From: an uncultured Candidatus Solibacter sp.
GTDB taxonomy: Bacteria > Acidobacteriota > Terriglobia > Bryobacterales > Bryobacteraceae
Direction: 5' to 3'
NCBI GenBank assembly: GCA_964385495.1
Contig: CAYLPH010000021.1
Coordinates: forward strand, 38,738 to 102,737
Length of the DNA: 64,000 nt
Under the pieces are notes generated by a model that saw only the letters and a program-made list of their open reading frames with translations, did not search any database and was not told where the DNA came from. Made by a program: the position numbers and the translations under genes. This document shows positions 23,928 to 33,649 of this stretch, one piece after another (position 1 is the first letter of the stretch; every line of letters starts with the position of its first letter).

Positions 23928-24612
23928 CCGGCTTGATCCAGGTCCGTCCCGGCATCACCGAGATATCCGCGGGTAACGCGCTGATGCCCGCGCTCAACGC
24001 GAACCCGACTCCGATGACCTGGGGCGTCCAACCCTTCACCGAGAGCGATGGCGGCCACATGGTTACGGGTGGCGCGCTGATGATCATAATCCCCGATACC
24101 GTCAAGATGCCGATTCCCATCTCTACCGCAACGCTGATACTGTCGCCCGCCAGCGTGGAGGAGGGCGTCCCGAACAACAAGCAGATCTGGTCACCAATCG
24201 ACACGCCCGCGTTTGTTACATAGCCCAGCGACACCGAACCGTAGAGCCCGACTTGTCCCATCGGTGACTTGTTCCACGCGTAAATCCCCGCGCCAACACC
24301 CGCCGTGGCGCCTGCCCCAGCCTGCGCCGCCAGACCAAAGGTCACCGTGAAGTCCGGGGCCGGCATCTTGATGATGGCCCCCGCCACGGAACCCATCACG
24401 GCAAGCGTGGCTACCGGGGAACTGGCCACTCCCAGCATGCTGGTCATGATCCCGCCCTTGCTGGACAGCGCTCCGATGGCGCTCATTCCCGCGCGCACCA
24501 AGGTCTCCTCCCCAGGCAGATTGCCCTTGGGCTTTGGCACGTTGATTTTCTTTGCTGTCGAGAAGTCCAGGTGCGTGAAATTTTTGAAGGTTACTTTGTA
24601 TTGTCCGGGCAT
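23917..24612 (-). CDS. Gly/Ala/Ser-rich hypothetical protein without a recognisable signal peptide
   Basis: From the ATG at 24612: MPGQYKVTFKNFTHLDFSTAKKINVPKPKGNLPGEE..., then ~180 aa of alternating small/hydrophobic segments (TVTFGLAAQAGAGATAGVGAGIYAWN, GLYGSVSLGYVTNAGVSIG, ISVAVEMGIGILTVSGIMII, IGVGFALSAGISAL). Third-position GC looks coding-like. An AGGAG sits 13 nt upstream. Confidence 0.6.
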   Translation of the reverse strand: MPGQYKVTFKNFTHLDFSTAKKINVPKPKGNLPGEETLVRAGMSAIGALSSKGGIMTSMLGVASSPVATLAVMGSVAGAIIKMPAPDFTVTFGLAAQAGAGATAGVGAGIYAWNKSPMGQVGLYGSVSLGYVTNAGVSIGDQICLLFGTPSSTLAGDSISVAVEMGIGILTVSGIMIISAPPVTMWPPSLSVKGWTPQVIGVGFALSAGISALPADISVMPGRTWIKPVTP

Positions 24613-24686
24613 TGCTCGCGTCTCTCCTCGATCGGACAGGCGCAAGCCCCAGGCTCAATTCTGGCAGTCAGGTTTGAGATTCCAAC

Positions 24687-26255
24687 TCATTGCGTAATGG
24701 CTGTTGTAACCCCGGTCTGCGCGCTCACGCCGCCGATTACCACGTTCAGGGGCACCGCTGCTCCGGTTGGCGCCGCCGGTGGCACCACCACGTTGATCTG
24801 CAGGACACCGGCGGTCACGCCGAAGATCGCCCCCTTGTAGACCACCGGAGCGTTCGCCCCGCCGATGCTCACCGTCACGGAAGCCGCGGCCTGCGGTTGA
24901 TCCAGGCCGACGATCTTGCCATCCTCTTGCGGTGGCGTCAACACGCCTTCTCCCGTCACAAATAGTACGATCTGCCCGCCGCGCCTGGCCGGATTGGACG
25001 CGCCATTGCGGGTGAGATCTTCGTTGAAGATCGCGCCCTGTCCCTTGCCCGATTGATCGGCGGTGAAGATGCCCGGCGCCGTATCGGCGATACGCAGCGT
25101 CATCGGCGACGACCGCCGTCCCTGGTACTCCACGATAACCGGCACACTGGCCTTCCCCGACGCTCCGTACGGCACGATCGCGCTCAACACATCGGCGCGG
25201 ACGAATACCAGCGGTGCGGCTACACCGTCGAACAGCACGCGCGTTCCGGCAACCTCCGTCGTCAGGTAGCGTCCATCCGCCGTCAGTTGCGCTCCGGCGA
25301 TCTCGAAGGGACCCATCTGCGTTCCGAAGATTGCCACAACCTCTCCCGGCGCGGCGCTTCCAGTGGCATAACTGGCTGCATTGGTGATGCCGCTGATGAT
25401 GGGAGTCAGCGTTGCTGCCTGGCGGATGGTGAATACCTGATCGTTCACGGTGATGCTGCCCAGACGCGTGGTTGCCGCGGCATTCGCCGCAACCCGGTAG
25501 TTCACCGTTGCATTCCCTGTCCCGCTTTCGGCGCTGGTGAGCGTGATCCAGGTAGCAGAGGGAGTAGCGCGCCAGGTGCATCCCTGGGTAGTGATGTTGA
25601 AGGAGCCAACACCCCCATCGCCGGGGGCGTCCACCGAGGTTGGCAACAGGCTCAGATTGCAGGCGATGCCGGCCTGCGTCAGCGTGAACACAGCGGTGCC
25701 AACGGTGATGGTGGCGGTGCGCTCCTGTGTGGTGAGGTTGGCGTCGTAGTTGTATTGCAGCATGACGCCGTTGCCCATGCCTGTAGCGGGCGTTACCCGG
25801 AGCCAACTCGCGTTCGTCGATGCCGACCATTGGCAACTGCTGTTCACCGTAATCGAGCCCGAACCCGCGGCGTTGGACCCACGCGCCGATAAAGGTGACA
25901 TCGAGAAGGTGCAGGTACCCCCGGCCTGGTTCACAGTGAACTGCGTTGCGCCGATGGAGATGCGGCCAACTCGCGCCCCTGCCGTGCGATTCGCCTCCAC
26001 GCGGTACCCAACCAGTCCGTTGCCGGTGCCGGTGGTGCCGAAAGAGATCGTAAGCCATTCGGGACTGTCGGAAACGGCGTTCCGTGTACAAGTACCGGCG
26101 GAGGCTCTCACCTCGAAACTGCCGACCGTATCGGTGGCCGCTGGTGCATTGATGGAGGCCGGGACAAACGTGAAAGTGCAAGCTTGCTGCGCTGCCGCGG
26201 GAACTGCTGAGGAAAGGACCAGAAGGATGGCCGCAAGTGGGCGTGGTATCATCAA
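24687..26255 (-). CDS. secreted protein with three BACON/Ig-like repeats and a Solibacter-type C-terminal domain
   Basis: 522-aa ORF with a signal peptide. Three ~85-90-aa repeats each open with a Cys (CTFTF.., CTFSM.., CNLSL..) and end with ..FT(V/L/I)xQA. The C-terminal ~230 aa (ITNAASYATGSAAPGEVVAIFG...AGTRVLFDGVAAPLVFVRADVLSAIVPY...) resemble the 'Soli_cterm' domain family from memory. Confidence 0.75.
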   Translation of the reverse strand: MMIPRPLAAILLVLSSAVPAAAQQACTFTFVPASINAPAATDTVGSFEVRASAGTCTRNAVSDSPEWLTISFGTTGTGNGLVGYRVEANRTAGARVGRISIGATQFTVNQAGGTCTFSMSPLSARGSNAAGSGSITVNSSCQWSASTNASWLRVTPATGMGNGVMLQYNYDANLTTQERTATITVGTAVFTLTQAGIACNLSLLPTSVDAPGDGGVGSFNITTQGCTWRATPSATWITLTSAESGTGNATVNYRVAANAAATTRLGSITVNDQVFTIRQAATLTPIISGITNAASYATGSAAPGEVVAIFGTQMGPFEIAGAQLTADGRYLTTEVAGTRVLFDGVAAPLVFVRADVLSAIVPYGASGKASVPVIVEYQGRRSSPMTLRIADTAPGIFTADQSGKGQGAIFNEDLTRNGASNPARRGGQIVLFVTGEGVLTPPQEDGKIVGLDQPQAAASVTVSIGGANAPVVYKGAIFGVTAGVLQINVVVPPAAPTGAAVPLNVVIGGVSAQTGVTTAITQ

Positions 26256-26272
26256 AAACTACCTGTAGTCAC

Positions 26273-26785
26273 ATGATACGCTCCTTTCGGGGCGCTGTTC
26301 CCAAGATAGCCCCTTCCTGTTATATAGACCCCAGCGCGCAGGTCATCGGCGATGTCACCATCGGCGAGCGCTCCAGCGTCTGGCCCAACGCTACCCTCCG
26401 TGGCGACGTCGCACCCATCCGCATTGGTGAAGGTAGCAACGTCCAGGACAACAGCGTCTTCCATGCCGATGACGGCTTTCCGCTCACTTTAGGAGACCGC
26501 GTCACCATCGGCCATTCCGTGGTTCTGCATGGCTGCACACTGCATAACGATGTGTTGATCGGCATCGGCGCCATCGTGTTGAATGGGGCTGTGATTGGCG
26601 AAGGGTCGGTGATTGCCGCCGGGGCGCTGGTGCCCGAAGGCATGCAGATTCCGCCGTTCAGCCTGGCGATGGGCGTCCCTGCCAAGGTGCGCCGTGAAGT
26701 GACGCCCGAAGAGCGGGAACGCTTCCGGCTGAACGCCGAACACTACGACGAACTCCGCCAGCAGTATAGGGAAGAACCGTCTTGA
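26273..26785 (+). CDS. gamma-class carbonic anhydrase family protein (left-handed beta-helix, YrdA/PaaY-like)
   Basis: From the ATG at 26273: MIRSFRGAVPKIAPSCYIDPSAQVIGDVTIGERSSVWPNATLRGDVAPIRIGEGSNVQDNSVFH.... Confidence 0.85.
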   Translation: MIRSFRGAVPKIAPSCYIDPSAQVIGDVTIGERSSVWPNATLRGDVAPIRIGEGSNVQDNSVFHADDGFPLTLGDRVTIGHSVVLHGCTLHNDVLIGIGAIVLNGAVIGEGSVIAAGALVPEGMQIPPFSLAMGVPAKVRREVTPEERERFRLNAEHYDELRQQYREEPS

Positions 26786-28035
26786 TCAAAGCCGTTAAGG
26801 GTACCCGCGATATCCTTCCGCCCGACAGCCGGGTCTGGAATCGCGTCGAAGAGACTGCGCGCCGCGTGTTCTCCGCCTATCATTATGGCGAGATCCGCAC
26901 CCCAATCTTCGAAGAAACCGCGCTGTTTGCCCGCGGCGTCGGCGAGGAAACCGACATCGTCAGCAAGGAGATGTACACGTGGGAGGACCGCGATGGCTCT
27001 TCCCTGACCCTCCGCCCGGAGAATACCGCCAGCGTCATTCGCGCCTATATCGAACACCGGCTGGACCAGCGGCCGGGCTTGCAAAAGCTCTATTACATTG
27101 GGCCGATGTTTCGCCGCGAGCGTCCCCAGAAAGGCCGCTATCGCCAGTTCTCGCAGATCGGCGCCGAAGTCATCGGGTCCGAATCGCCCGCCGTGGACGC
27201 CGAAGTAATCGAGATGGTGCTGGAGATCCTGAGCCAGTGCGGGCTTAGCGGCTTCCACCTGGTCATCAACTCGGTTGGCTGCAAAGATTGCCGCCCGGCA
27301 TTTCTGGCCCTATTGCGTGAACGCCTGCAGGAGGTGAAGGGGCAACTGTGCGGCGATTGCCAGCGCCGCGCCGATACCAATCCGCTGCGCGTGCTCGATT
27401 GCAAGGTGCCGCAGGATCAGCCGGTGATCGAAACGCTGCCTTCCATCCTCGATCACCTTTGCGAGGTATGTAAGCCGCACTTCGCCACCGTGCGCCAGTT
27501 TTTGGACGACCGCGGGATCCAGTACGAAGTGCGCCCAAGACTGGTACGCGGGCTGGATTATTACATGCGCACGACCTTTGAAGTCGTGCACGGCGCGCTG
27601 GGTGCGCAGAACTCGGTGCTGGGCGGCGGCCGTTATGACGGCTTGGCCGAATCGCTGGGCTCGCGCGTGCACTCGCCGGGGATCGGCTTTTCCATCGGTG
27701 AGGACCGCCTGGTGATGAGCGTCGAAGAGGCCAGCCAGAATGCGTCCGGCGATGCCTTGGACGTGTTCATCGCCCCGATGGGTGCCGAGCCTTTGCGCCA
27801 CGCGGCGGGACTCGCGCACGAACTGCGCCGCCATAATGTGCGGGTGGAGATTGCGTTCGAGGGCAAGCTGAAGCGCGCCCTGGAACTGGCCAACAAGCTG
27901 AATGCGCGCTACACGTTGATTGTCGGTGATGCAGAAATGGCCGCCGGCGTGTACGCATTGAAAAATATGACAAGCGGCGAACAGGAGATGATCAGCCGCG
28001 AACAACTCGCGGAGCGACTGTATGCAGGAAAGTAA
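26782..28035 (+). CDS. hisS: histidine--tRNA ligase
   Basis: 417-aa ORF with a TTG start overlapping the preceding stop. [45 protein letters not shown]...[27 protein letters not shown] is classic HisRS. Confidence 0.93.
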   Translation: MIKAVKGTRDILPPDSRVWNRVEETARRVFSAYHYGEIRTPIFEETALFARGVGEETDIVSKEMYTWEDRDGSSLTLRPENTASVIRAYIEHRLDQRPGLQKLYYIGPMFRRERPQKGRYRQFSQIGAEVIGSESPAVDAEVIEMVLEILSQCGLSGFHLVINSVGCKDCRPAFLALLRERLQEVKGQLCGDCQRRADTNPLRVLDCKVPQDQPVIETLPSILDHLCEVCKPHFATVRQFLDDRGIQYEVRPRLVRGLDYYMRTTFEVVHGALGAQNSVLGGGRYDGLAESLGSRVHSPGIGFSIGEDRLVMSVEEASQNASGDALDVFIAPMGAEPLRHAAGLAHELRRHNVRVEIAFEGKLKRALELANKLNARYTLIVGDAEMAAGVYALKNMTSGEQEMISREQLAERLYAGK

Positions 28036-29827
28036 CGAACAACGTCAGATTCCACTGGACTTCCTTGGTGACCTGAAGCGCACCCACAACTGCGGGCAGT
28101 TGCGGGCGGCCGATGCGGGCCATCGCGCCCTGGTGATGGGTTGGGTGCATCGCCGCCGAGACTTGGGCGGGGTGATCTTCATCCACCTCCGCGACCGCGA
28201 AGGCGTGACCCAGGTGGTGTTCCATGAAGACGTGGATGCCAGCGTGCATGCGAAGGCCGAAGTGCTGCGCTCTGAATTCGTGGTTGCCGTCGAAGGCAAG
28301 GTCGAGCCGCGCACCCCCGAGACGGTGAATCCCAACATCCCCACCGGCGAGGTAGAAATTGTCGCCGAGAAGGTGTGGATCCTCAATGAAAGTAAGGTCC
28401 CGCCGTTCCCGATGGACGAGTTCGGCGAGATAGCCGAAGACGTGCGCCTGGAGTATCGTTACCTGGACCTGCGCCGGCCGCAGATGCAGCGCAACATCAT
28501 CATGCGCAGCCATGTCTCGTTCGCCACGCGCCAGTACCTGTATTCCCAGGGCTTCCTGGAGATTGAGACGCCCTTCCTGACCAAGTCGACGCCGGAAGGC
28601 GCCCGCGACTTCCTGGTGCCCAGCCGACTGAATCCCGGCACCTTCTACGCGCTGCCGCAATCGCCGCAAATCTTCAAGCAGTTGCTTATGGTGAGCGGCT
28701 ACGAAAAGTACTTCCAGATTGTCCGCTGTTTCCGCGACGAGGACTTGCGCGCCGACCGCCAGTTGGAGTTCACGCAGATCGACCTGGAGATGTCCTTCCC
28801 GCAGCAGGAGACCGTGTATAGCGTGGTGGAAGGCATGCTGGCCGCGATCTTTGAAGCCGCCGGATCTCCGATTACGTTGCCGATTCCGCGCCTGACCTAT
28901 GACGAGGCCATGCGCCAGTACGGCAGCGATAAGCCCGACATGCGTCTGCCGGCCTTCCGCGAAGTGCAGGACCTGTTCGAAGGCTCCGGCCTGACTAACG
29001 GCGATCTGCCGATGGTGGCTATCGTGATCCCGGACGCCGCCGGAGCCAGTCGCAAGGAGCGCGACGAGTTCAAGGCTGTTGGGCAGGAACGTGGACTGCG
29101 GGTGTTCGATGACGCCAAGCGCCTGGAACGCGATTTTCCCGAAGTGATGGCGAAGGTTCGTCAACGTACGGGCGCTGGCGACGGCGACCTATTGGTGATC
29201 GCGACGTGGGCCGGCGAGAAGCAGGGCCATCGTCCCGAGTACACGGTACTACTGGCCTGCGGGCATCTGCGCCTGGCACTGGCGGCTAAGTATGCCGACA
29301 AGCACAAGGCCTTCGAAGGCAAGGTGTTCAAGCCGCTGTGGGTTGTCGACTTCCCGATGTTCGAGTGGGATGAGGAAGAGAGCCGCTGGATGGCCGCGCA
29401 TCACCCCTTCACATCGGTGCATGACGAAGATCTGGACAAGCTCACGACCGATCCGGCGCACTGCCGCGCGAAGTCTTATGACGTGGTGTTGAATGGCATT
29501 GAATTGGGTTCGGGCTCTATCCGTATTCACCGCCAGGATATCCAGTCGCAGGTATTCTCCGCGCTGGGACTGAGCAAGGAAGAGGCGCAGGCGAAGTTCG
29601 GATTCCTGCTGAGCGCACTGGAGTTCGGCGCTCCGCCACATGGCGGTATTGCGTTGGGCCTGGATCGGTTGGTGATGTTGCTGGCGGGTGAGAAGACCAT
29701 CCGCGACGTGATTCCATTCCCGAAGACTGCCAAGGGGACGGACCTCATGGCCGATTGTCCGACGCCGGCCGCGGATAAGGCGCTACGGGATCTGGGGATT
29801 CAGTTGCGGAAGGCGCCGCCGAAGTAG
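28022..29827 (+). CDS. aspS: aspartate--tRNA ligase
   Basis: 601-aa ORF with an OB-fold N-terminus ([24 protein letters not shown]) and class II motifs ([48 protein letters not shown]). It overlaps hisS by 14 nt. Confidence 0.93.
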   Translation: MQESNEQRQIPLDFLGDLKRTHNCGQLRAADAGHRALVMGWVHRRRDLGGVIFIHLRDREGVTQVVFHEDVDASVHAKAEVLRSEFVVAVEGKVEPRTPETVNPNIPTGEVEIVAEKVWILNESKVPPFPMDEFGEIAEDVRLEYRYLDLRRPQMQRNIIMRSHVSFATRQYLYSQGFLEIETPFLTKSTPEGARDFLVPSRLNPGTFYALPQSPQIFKQLLMVSGYEKYFQIVRCFRDEDLRADRQLEFTQIDLEMSFPQQETVYSVVEGMLAAIFEAAGSPITLPIPRLTYDEAMRQYGSDKPDMRLPAFREVQDLFEGSGLTNGDLPMVAIVIPDAAGASRKERDEFKAVGQERGLRVFDDAKRLERDFPEVMAKVRQRTGAGDGDLLVIATWAGEKQGHRPEYTVLLACGHLRLALAAKYADKHKAFEGKVFKPLWVVDFPMFEWDEEESRWMAAHHPFTSVHDEDLDKLTTDPAHCRAKSYDVVLNGIELGSGSIRIHRQDIQSQVFSALGLSKEEAQAKFGFLLSALEFGAPPHGGIALGLDRLVMLLAGEKTIRDVIPFPKTAKGTDLMADCPTPAADKALRDLGIQLRKAPPK

Positions 29828-29879
29828 GAGTGAAAGCGGGAGGTGGGTCTGATGCTCACGGCCATACCTGCCCTCTGCT

Positions 29880-30242
29880 TTACCCCCACCGGCTCAAGAA
29901 CTCGATCCGATTGTGCATGGCACCCGCGGTCTTGGCGGCTCGCAACCTTAAGATTCGATTAAGTTGCGATCCGATGGAGTAACGCTGCTGTGACCCCATC
30001 AGAATTCCCGCATGAAATCGTCCGCAGGCGGCCCATGCGCTGTGCAGGCGGTAGAAGTCGCAGACATTAAAGGTATAGAGAACCAGTCCGTGGGCGGCTC
30101 CGAAGGACAACTGTGCTTCATCGTCCTTGCCGATTAAACCGGCTTCCATCGCACTTGTGACGGGGACGCCCCGTGCGCGAAGCGCCGCGACGAGGTCGGC
30201 GTCCATTGCATCTTCGTCAATGTATAGACTGATCGCCGCCAT
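29880..30242 (-). CDS. DUF5615 family PIN-like protein (putative toxin partner of DUF433)
   Basis: 120-aa ORF. MAAISLYIDEDAMDADLVAALRARGVPVTSAMEAGLIGKDDEAQL...LVLYTFNVCDFYRL. It lies 8 nt downstream of a DUF433 gene. Confidence 0.65.
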   Translation of the reverse strand: MAAISLYIDEDAMDADLVAALRARGVPVTSAMEAGLIGKDDEAQLSFGAAHGLVLYTFNVCDFYRLHSAWAACGRFHAGILMGSQQRYSIGSQLNRILRLRAAKTAGAMHNRIEFLSRWG

Positions 30243-30250
30243 CGGGGAGT

Positions 30251-30577
30251 TCAGCCACGATAGATTTGCTCAACCCGCTCTGCTTCCAGTGCCTCTGCCT
30301 CAAGGTCCGCGTCGATCGCAGCTTGGTTGGCGTGATAGAAAGCGAGCGCGGCATGGACTTGGGCGAGAGAAAGGTGGCTAATTTTACGGGCAATCTCCTC
30401 GGGAATCAAGCCCATGTTGTGCCATTGTGCGACACGATGAACGCTTACACCCGTTCCGGCAACGCACGGCCGTCCGCCCCGGACGCCTGGAGTTTGATCA
30501 ATCAGACTGCCGATTTCTGTCACGACTTCCACCGATTTGAGTATACCGCGCAGCAGGTCAGGCGAGCCCTCTCTCAA
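30251..30577 (-). CDS. DUF433 domain protein (putative antitoxin)
   Basis: ...DQTPGVRGGRPCVAGTGVSVHRVAQWHNMGLIPEEIARKISHLSLAQVHAALAFYHANQAAID is the DUF433 core. The track start at 30577 is a TTG. An internal GTG (~30532) may be the true start. Confidence 0.7.
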   Translation of the reverse strand: MREGSPDLLRGILKSVEVVTEIGSLIDQTPGVRGGRPCVAGTGVSVHRVAQWHNMGLIPEEIARKISHLSLAQVHAALAFYHANQAAIDADLEAEALEAERVEQIYRG

Positions 30578-31170
30578 TGCTCATGAATACAAGTTGGGAA
30601 CTCCGCCAACACCGTGTTCCCCTTGTATCCCAGCACGTCCACCAACCCCGCCTTCGACGTGAAATACCCATCCGCCGTCATGCTTTTGAACGCCTTCATG
30701 AAGCGCACTTCCAGCGCCGGAGCGTTCTTGCCACCCGCCTTCCAGCGATCCGCCGACTTCACCAGCGGCGTCAGAATCCCGATCTGCGTCTCCTCATCCA
30801 GCATGTGGAAGCGCTTGCCGTTGGAGATCCCCGCGGCTTCCTCCAGCCACGCCAGCCCCTCGCGGAAGAGCTTCTTCCACGATTCGTTGCTGTTCACCAC
30901 GTAGTCGATATAGAACGGCACCCCGGCCTGTACGGCCCCTGGCGTGTCAGTGGGCGGAATGATCAGGTCCGCCAGAGCCTTCACCGTATCGAACTCCTTG
31001 TCGGTGAAGAACACGGGCTTGGTGGGTAAGGCTGCTGCCTGCGCCGCCGTCTCCGACGCGTGCTCATGGGCCGGGGCCCGCTGTCCATACAGTTCGTCCG
31101 CGCTGAATGGGAACGCGCACGTGGTTCCGATGGCGCCAATGATCTTCAAGGTATCGCGGCGGTCCGACAT
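30574..31170 (-). CDS. gluconate 2-dehydrogenase subunit 3-like protein (TAT signal)
   Basis: From the ATG at 31170: MSDRRDTLKIIGAIGTTCAFPF...FFTDKEFDTVKALADLIIPPTDTPGA.... It lies directly downstream of the GMC flavoprotein gene with a 2-nt gap. Confidence 0.75.
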   Translation of the reverse strand: MSDRRDTLKIIGAIGTTCAFPFSADELYGQRAPAHEHASETAAQAAALPTKPVFFTDKEFDTVKALADLIIPPTDTPGAVQAGVPFYIDYVVNSNESWKKLFREGLAWLEEAAGISNGKRFHMLDEETQIGILTPLVKSADRWKAGGKNAPALEVRFMKAFKSMTADGYFTSKAGLVDVLGYKGNTVLAEFPTCIHEH

Positions 31171-31172
31171 CG

Positions 31173-32735
31173 CTATAGCGCTCCCTTCTTCAGTTGCTCG
31201 GCCATGTAGACCGCGGTTCGCGCAGCTAGAGCCATCATGGTATGGGTGGGGTTCTTCTCGCTGGCGGAGGGGAAGACGCTGCCATCGACAACGAACAGAT
31301 TCCTGACATCGTGCGACTGGCACCACTCATTCAATACGCTGGTCTTAGGATCCTTGCCCATGCGGCAGCCGCCCAGTTCGTGGTTCGTGCGCGGCTCATC
31401 GCTTACGGCCAGGATCTCCGCGCCGGAGGCTTCCAGGATGCGTCTGGACCAATCCGTCATATCCCGGAAGATCTTCCAGTCGTTATCTCCCCAGAAGACA
31501 TTGCGCCGCGCCAGCGGCAGGCCCCACGTATCCTTCTTCTCCCAATCGAGATCGACGTAGCACTTGGGATTCGGCAGCATCTCGCCGTAGGGAGAGAACG
31601 TCAGGAACGCCGGGTAGCGATCCTTCACGGCCTTCTTATAGCTGGCGCCGAAGCCGGCGATGTCGCGGGCCCAGCCTACGGCGCGGCGGTTCTGGTAGTT
31701 GAACTGGATGCCGAAGCTGCGGGCATAGTCGCGCTTGCGGTTGTGCATAAACGAGGGCACATAGGCATGATCCAGGAAGCCCTCGTCGTTGCTTGTTGGC
31801 TTGCCAATCAGGTCACCCAGGAAGCACTGCACGCCCCCCATGAAGTGAGGGATGTAGTTCTTGCCCAACTGGCCGCTGGAATTCGCCAGCCCATTCGGAT
31901 ACAGGCGGGACTTCGACATCAGCAGCAGCGCCACGCTCTGCACGCAGGCGCAACTGACCACTACGCTGCGCGCGTTCACCTCACTTTCCGCTTTCGTCTC
32001 GCGGTCGAGGTAGCGCACTCCGGTGACCTTGTTTTCGTTGTTAACGATCACCTCGCGGGCGATGGCGTTGTGACGCACTTCCAACTTACCGGTGCGCTGC
32101 GCGGGAACGATATGCACATCGGCGGAATTGTACTTCGCCACCACATCGCACCCAGCCATGCAGTTGCCGCAGAAGTGGCACGCGGGACGGTTGAAGGCGG
32201 CCCGGCTCAGCGTGGCCTTGCGAACGTGAATCACTTTCACGCCCAGCTTTGCCGCGCCTTTCTTTACGATCTCATCGGAGCACTTTAACGGGACAGGCGG
32301 AAGGAACTCGCCGTCTGGCAGGTCTTGCAAACCGTCACGATTGCCGCAGACGCCGACTTCCTTTTCAATAGCCGAGTAGAAGGGCGCAATGTCCTTATAC
32401 TCGAAAGGCCAATCCTCGCCCGCGCCTTCATAAGTCTTACCTTTGAAGTCCCGCTGGCTATAACGCCACGCCACGGCATTCCAGGTAAGACTCTTGCCGC
32501 CGATACCCCGCGTACGCTCCGAATCGAAGCCCGCCTTCCCCGGCTTCATGGTGGGGATGTGACGGTTGGGGAACTGAAACGGCATGGCGTGGGTGTTGAA
32601 GTCAGTCCGGGTATTCACCTTCGGACCGCCTTCTAAAAGCAGCACATCCACGCCCTGCCGTGCCAAATGGGCGCTCAGCGTGCCACCGGAGGCACCGCTG
32701 CCAACGATGACGACGTCATAGGTCTTTCCGGGCAT
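31173..32735 (-). CDS. GMC family FAD-dependent oxidoreductase
   Basis: 520-aa ORF. YDVVIVGSGASGGTLSAHLARQGVDVLLLEGG is at the N-terminus and ...HELGGCRMG...NLFVVDGSVFPSASEKNPTHTMMALA at the C-terminus. Confidence 0.88.
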   Translation of the reverse strand: MPGKTYDVVIVGSGASGGTLSAHLARQGVDVLLLEGGPKVNTRTDFNTHAMPFQFPNRHIPTMKPGKAGFDSERTRGIGGKSLTWNAVAWRYSQRDFKGKTYEGAGEDWPFEYKDIAPFYSAIEKEVGVCGNRDGLQDLPDGEFLPPVPLKCSDEIVKKGAAKLGVKVIHVRKATLSRAAFNRPACHFCGNCMAGCDVVAKYNSADVHIVPAQRTGKLEVRHNAIAREVIVNNENKVTGVRYLDRETKAESEVNARSVVVSCACVQSVALLLMSKSRLYPNGLANSSGQLGKNYIPHFMGGVQCFLGDLIGKPTSNDEGFLDHAYVPSFMHNRKRDYARSFGIQFNYQNRRAVGWARDIAGFGASYKKAVKDRYPAFLTFSPYGEMLPNPKCYVDLDWEKKDTWGLPLARRNVFWGDNDWKIFRDMTDWSRRILEASGAEILAVSDEPRTNHELGGCRMGKDPKTSVLNEWCQSHDVRNLFVVDGSVFPSASEKNPTHTMMALAARTAVYMAEQLKKGAL

Positions 32736-32772
32736 GCTGTGGATTTTACCAGTTACCCGGAGTCTACGGTCT

Positions 32773-33219
32773 TCAGCGCCTGCGGTTGCGGGTGGCCTGG
32801 TCGTAGATCACGCCGCCAGCCGCTCCGGCGGTACCGCCGAGCACCGCGCCCTTCCATCCGCCCAGGACGGCGCCGACACCCGCGCCCGCCGCTGCCGTAC
32901 CGCCGATGATCGCCGCCGACGTGCCCGCGGAACGCGAATCACGGTAACGGTACCCATCGTTGTAACGGTAGCCATCGTTGTAGGGGTAGGGGTTCGCGCG
33001 GTAGTTGCCGTTGTAATAGCCATTATCGCGATAGCCGTTGCCCCGGTAGTCGTCCCGATAACGCACGTCGTTGTACCGCTTCTGCTTGAAATGCCCGTAG
33101 GCATTGCCCCGGCCGCGGCGCTCGCAGCGGTCACCCGCGGAGGCCAGGTCGGGAACGCCGAACATCGTGAACGCCAGCGCTGCTGTCAGTAGTTTGGGAG
33201 TCCATTGGGAACGGAACAT
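32773..33219 (-). CDS. small secreted Tyr/Asn/Arg-rich protein with a C-terminal glycine-zipper segment
   Basis: From the ATG at 33219 (GAGGTG SD 5 nt upstream): MFRSQWTPKLLTAALAFTMFGVPDLASA..., then ...YRDDYRGNGYRDNGYYNGNYRANPYPYNDGYRYNDGYRYRD..., then AIIGGTAAAGAGVGAVLGGWKGAVLGGTAGAAGGVIY. Confidence 0.6.
   Translation of the reverse strand: MFRSQWTPKLLTAALAFTMFGVPDLASAGDRCERRGRGNAYGHFKQKRYNDVRYRDDYRGNGYRDNGYYNGNYRANPYPYNDGYRYNDGYRYRDSRSAGTSAAIIGGTAAAGAGVGAVLGGWKGAVLGGTAGAAGGVIYDQATRNRRR
32944..32979. repeat. 18-nt tandem duplication (2 copies, 1 mismatch) inside the Tyr/Asn/Arg-rich gene
   Basis: GTAACGGTACCCATCGTT / GTAACGGTAGCCATCGTT read directly. It encodes the repeated NDGYRY unit on the minus strand. 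Confidence 0.8.
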
Positions 33220-33517
33220 CGTGTCACCTCGACCTAACAGATGGACGCGATTCGTATCCGGTTCCCTCATTAAACAAAAGTAATATCCACCTCCTAGTGT
33301 GCCGAGCCCGATGAGTAATTCCTCATAATTTTCCGGCCCCAGCCGCGTGCCGCTTTCCTTTCCCCGGCACAACCACCTGCCCCGCATTGCGAACTGCCCG
33401 CTGTCTGCCCGAAAAGCATTTCACACCTCGATCGCGGGTCCGAGAGGTACATCGCCGAATGCGCCGCCGGCCTCGTCTGATTGCCGCGTTCAGGGTTCAG
33501 GCCGAGCTTGCGTTCGA

Positions 33518-33649
33518 TTAAACCTCTGAGTTCATGATGTATGGTGGGCGATCCAGGCAATGGCGCGGGCCAAGCCCGTGAGTCGCTCGAAACGCCGGCC
33601 ATTCTGGCCTGAGATCATCGGGAACGTCGTGATCCAGTAGGAATTTCAT
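33518..33649 (-). pseudogene. truncated DUF5615/PIN-like toxin remnant downstream of a DUF433 gene
   Basis: The ATG overlaps the DUF433 stop (ATGA at 33646-33649). Translation gives MKFLLDHDVPDDLRPEWPAFRATHGLGPRHCLDRPPYIMNSEV*. The first 13 residues match the DUF5615 N-terminus (MKxLLDxxxPxxL). The rest is unrelated, and the ORF is only 43 aa against the ~110-120 expected. Confidence 0.4.

Noticed and set aside
27992-29164. 390-aa minus-strand ORF, and similar long antisense ORFs (7341-8312, 20321-21289, 24655-26181, 27310-28005, 31242-32288, 33954-35078, 36898-37683, 39484-40698, 44211-44981, 45612-46817, 52517-53407)
   Set aside because: Each lies entirely opposite a gene with clear family-level similarity and has Arg/Gly/Ala/His-rich, motif-free translations. 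These are high-GC shadow ORFs.
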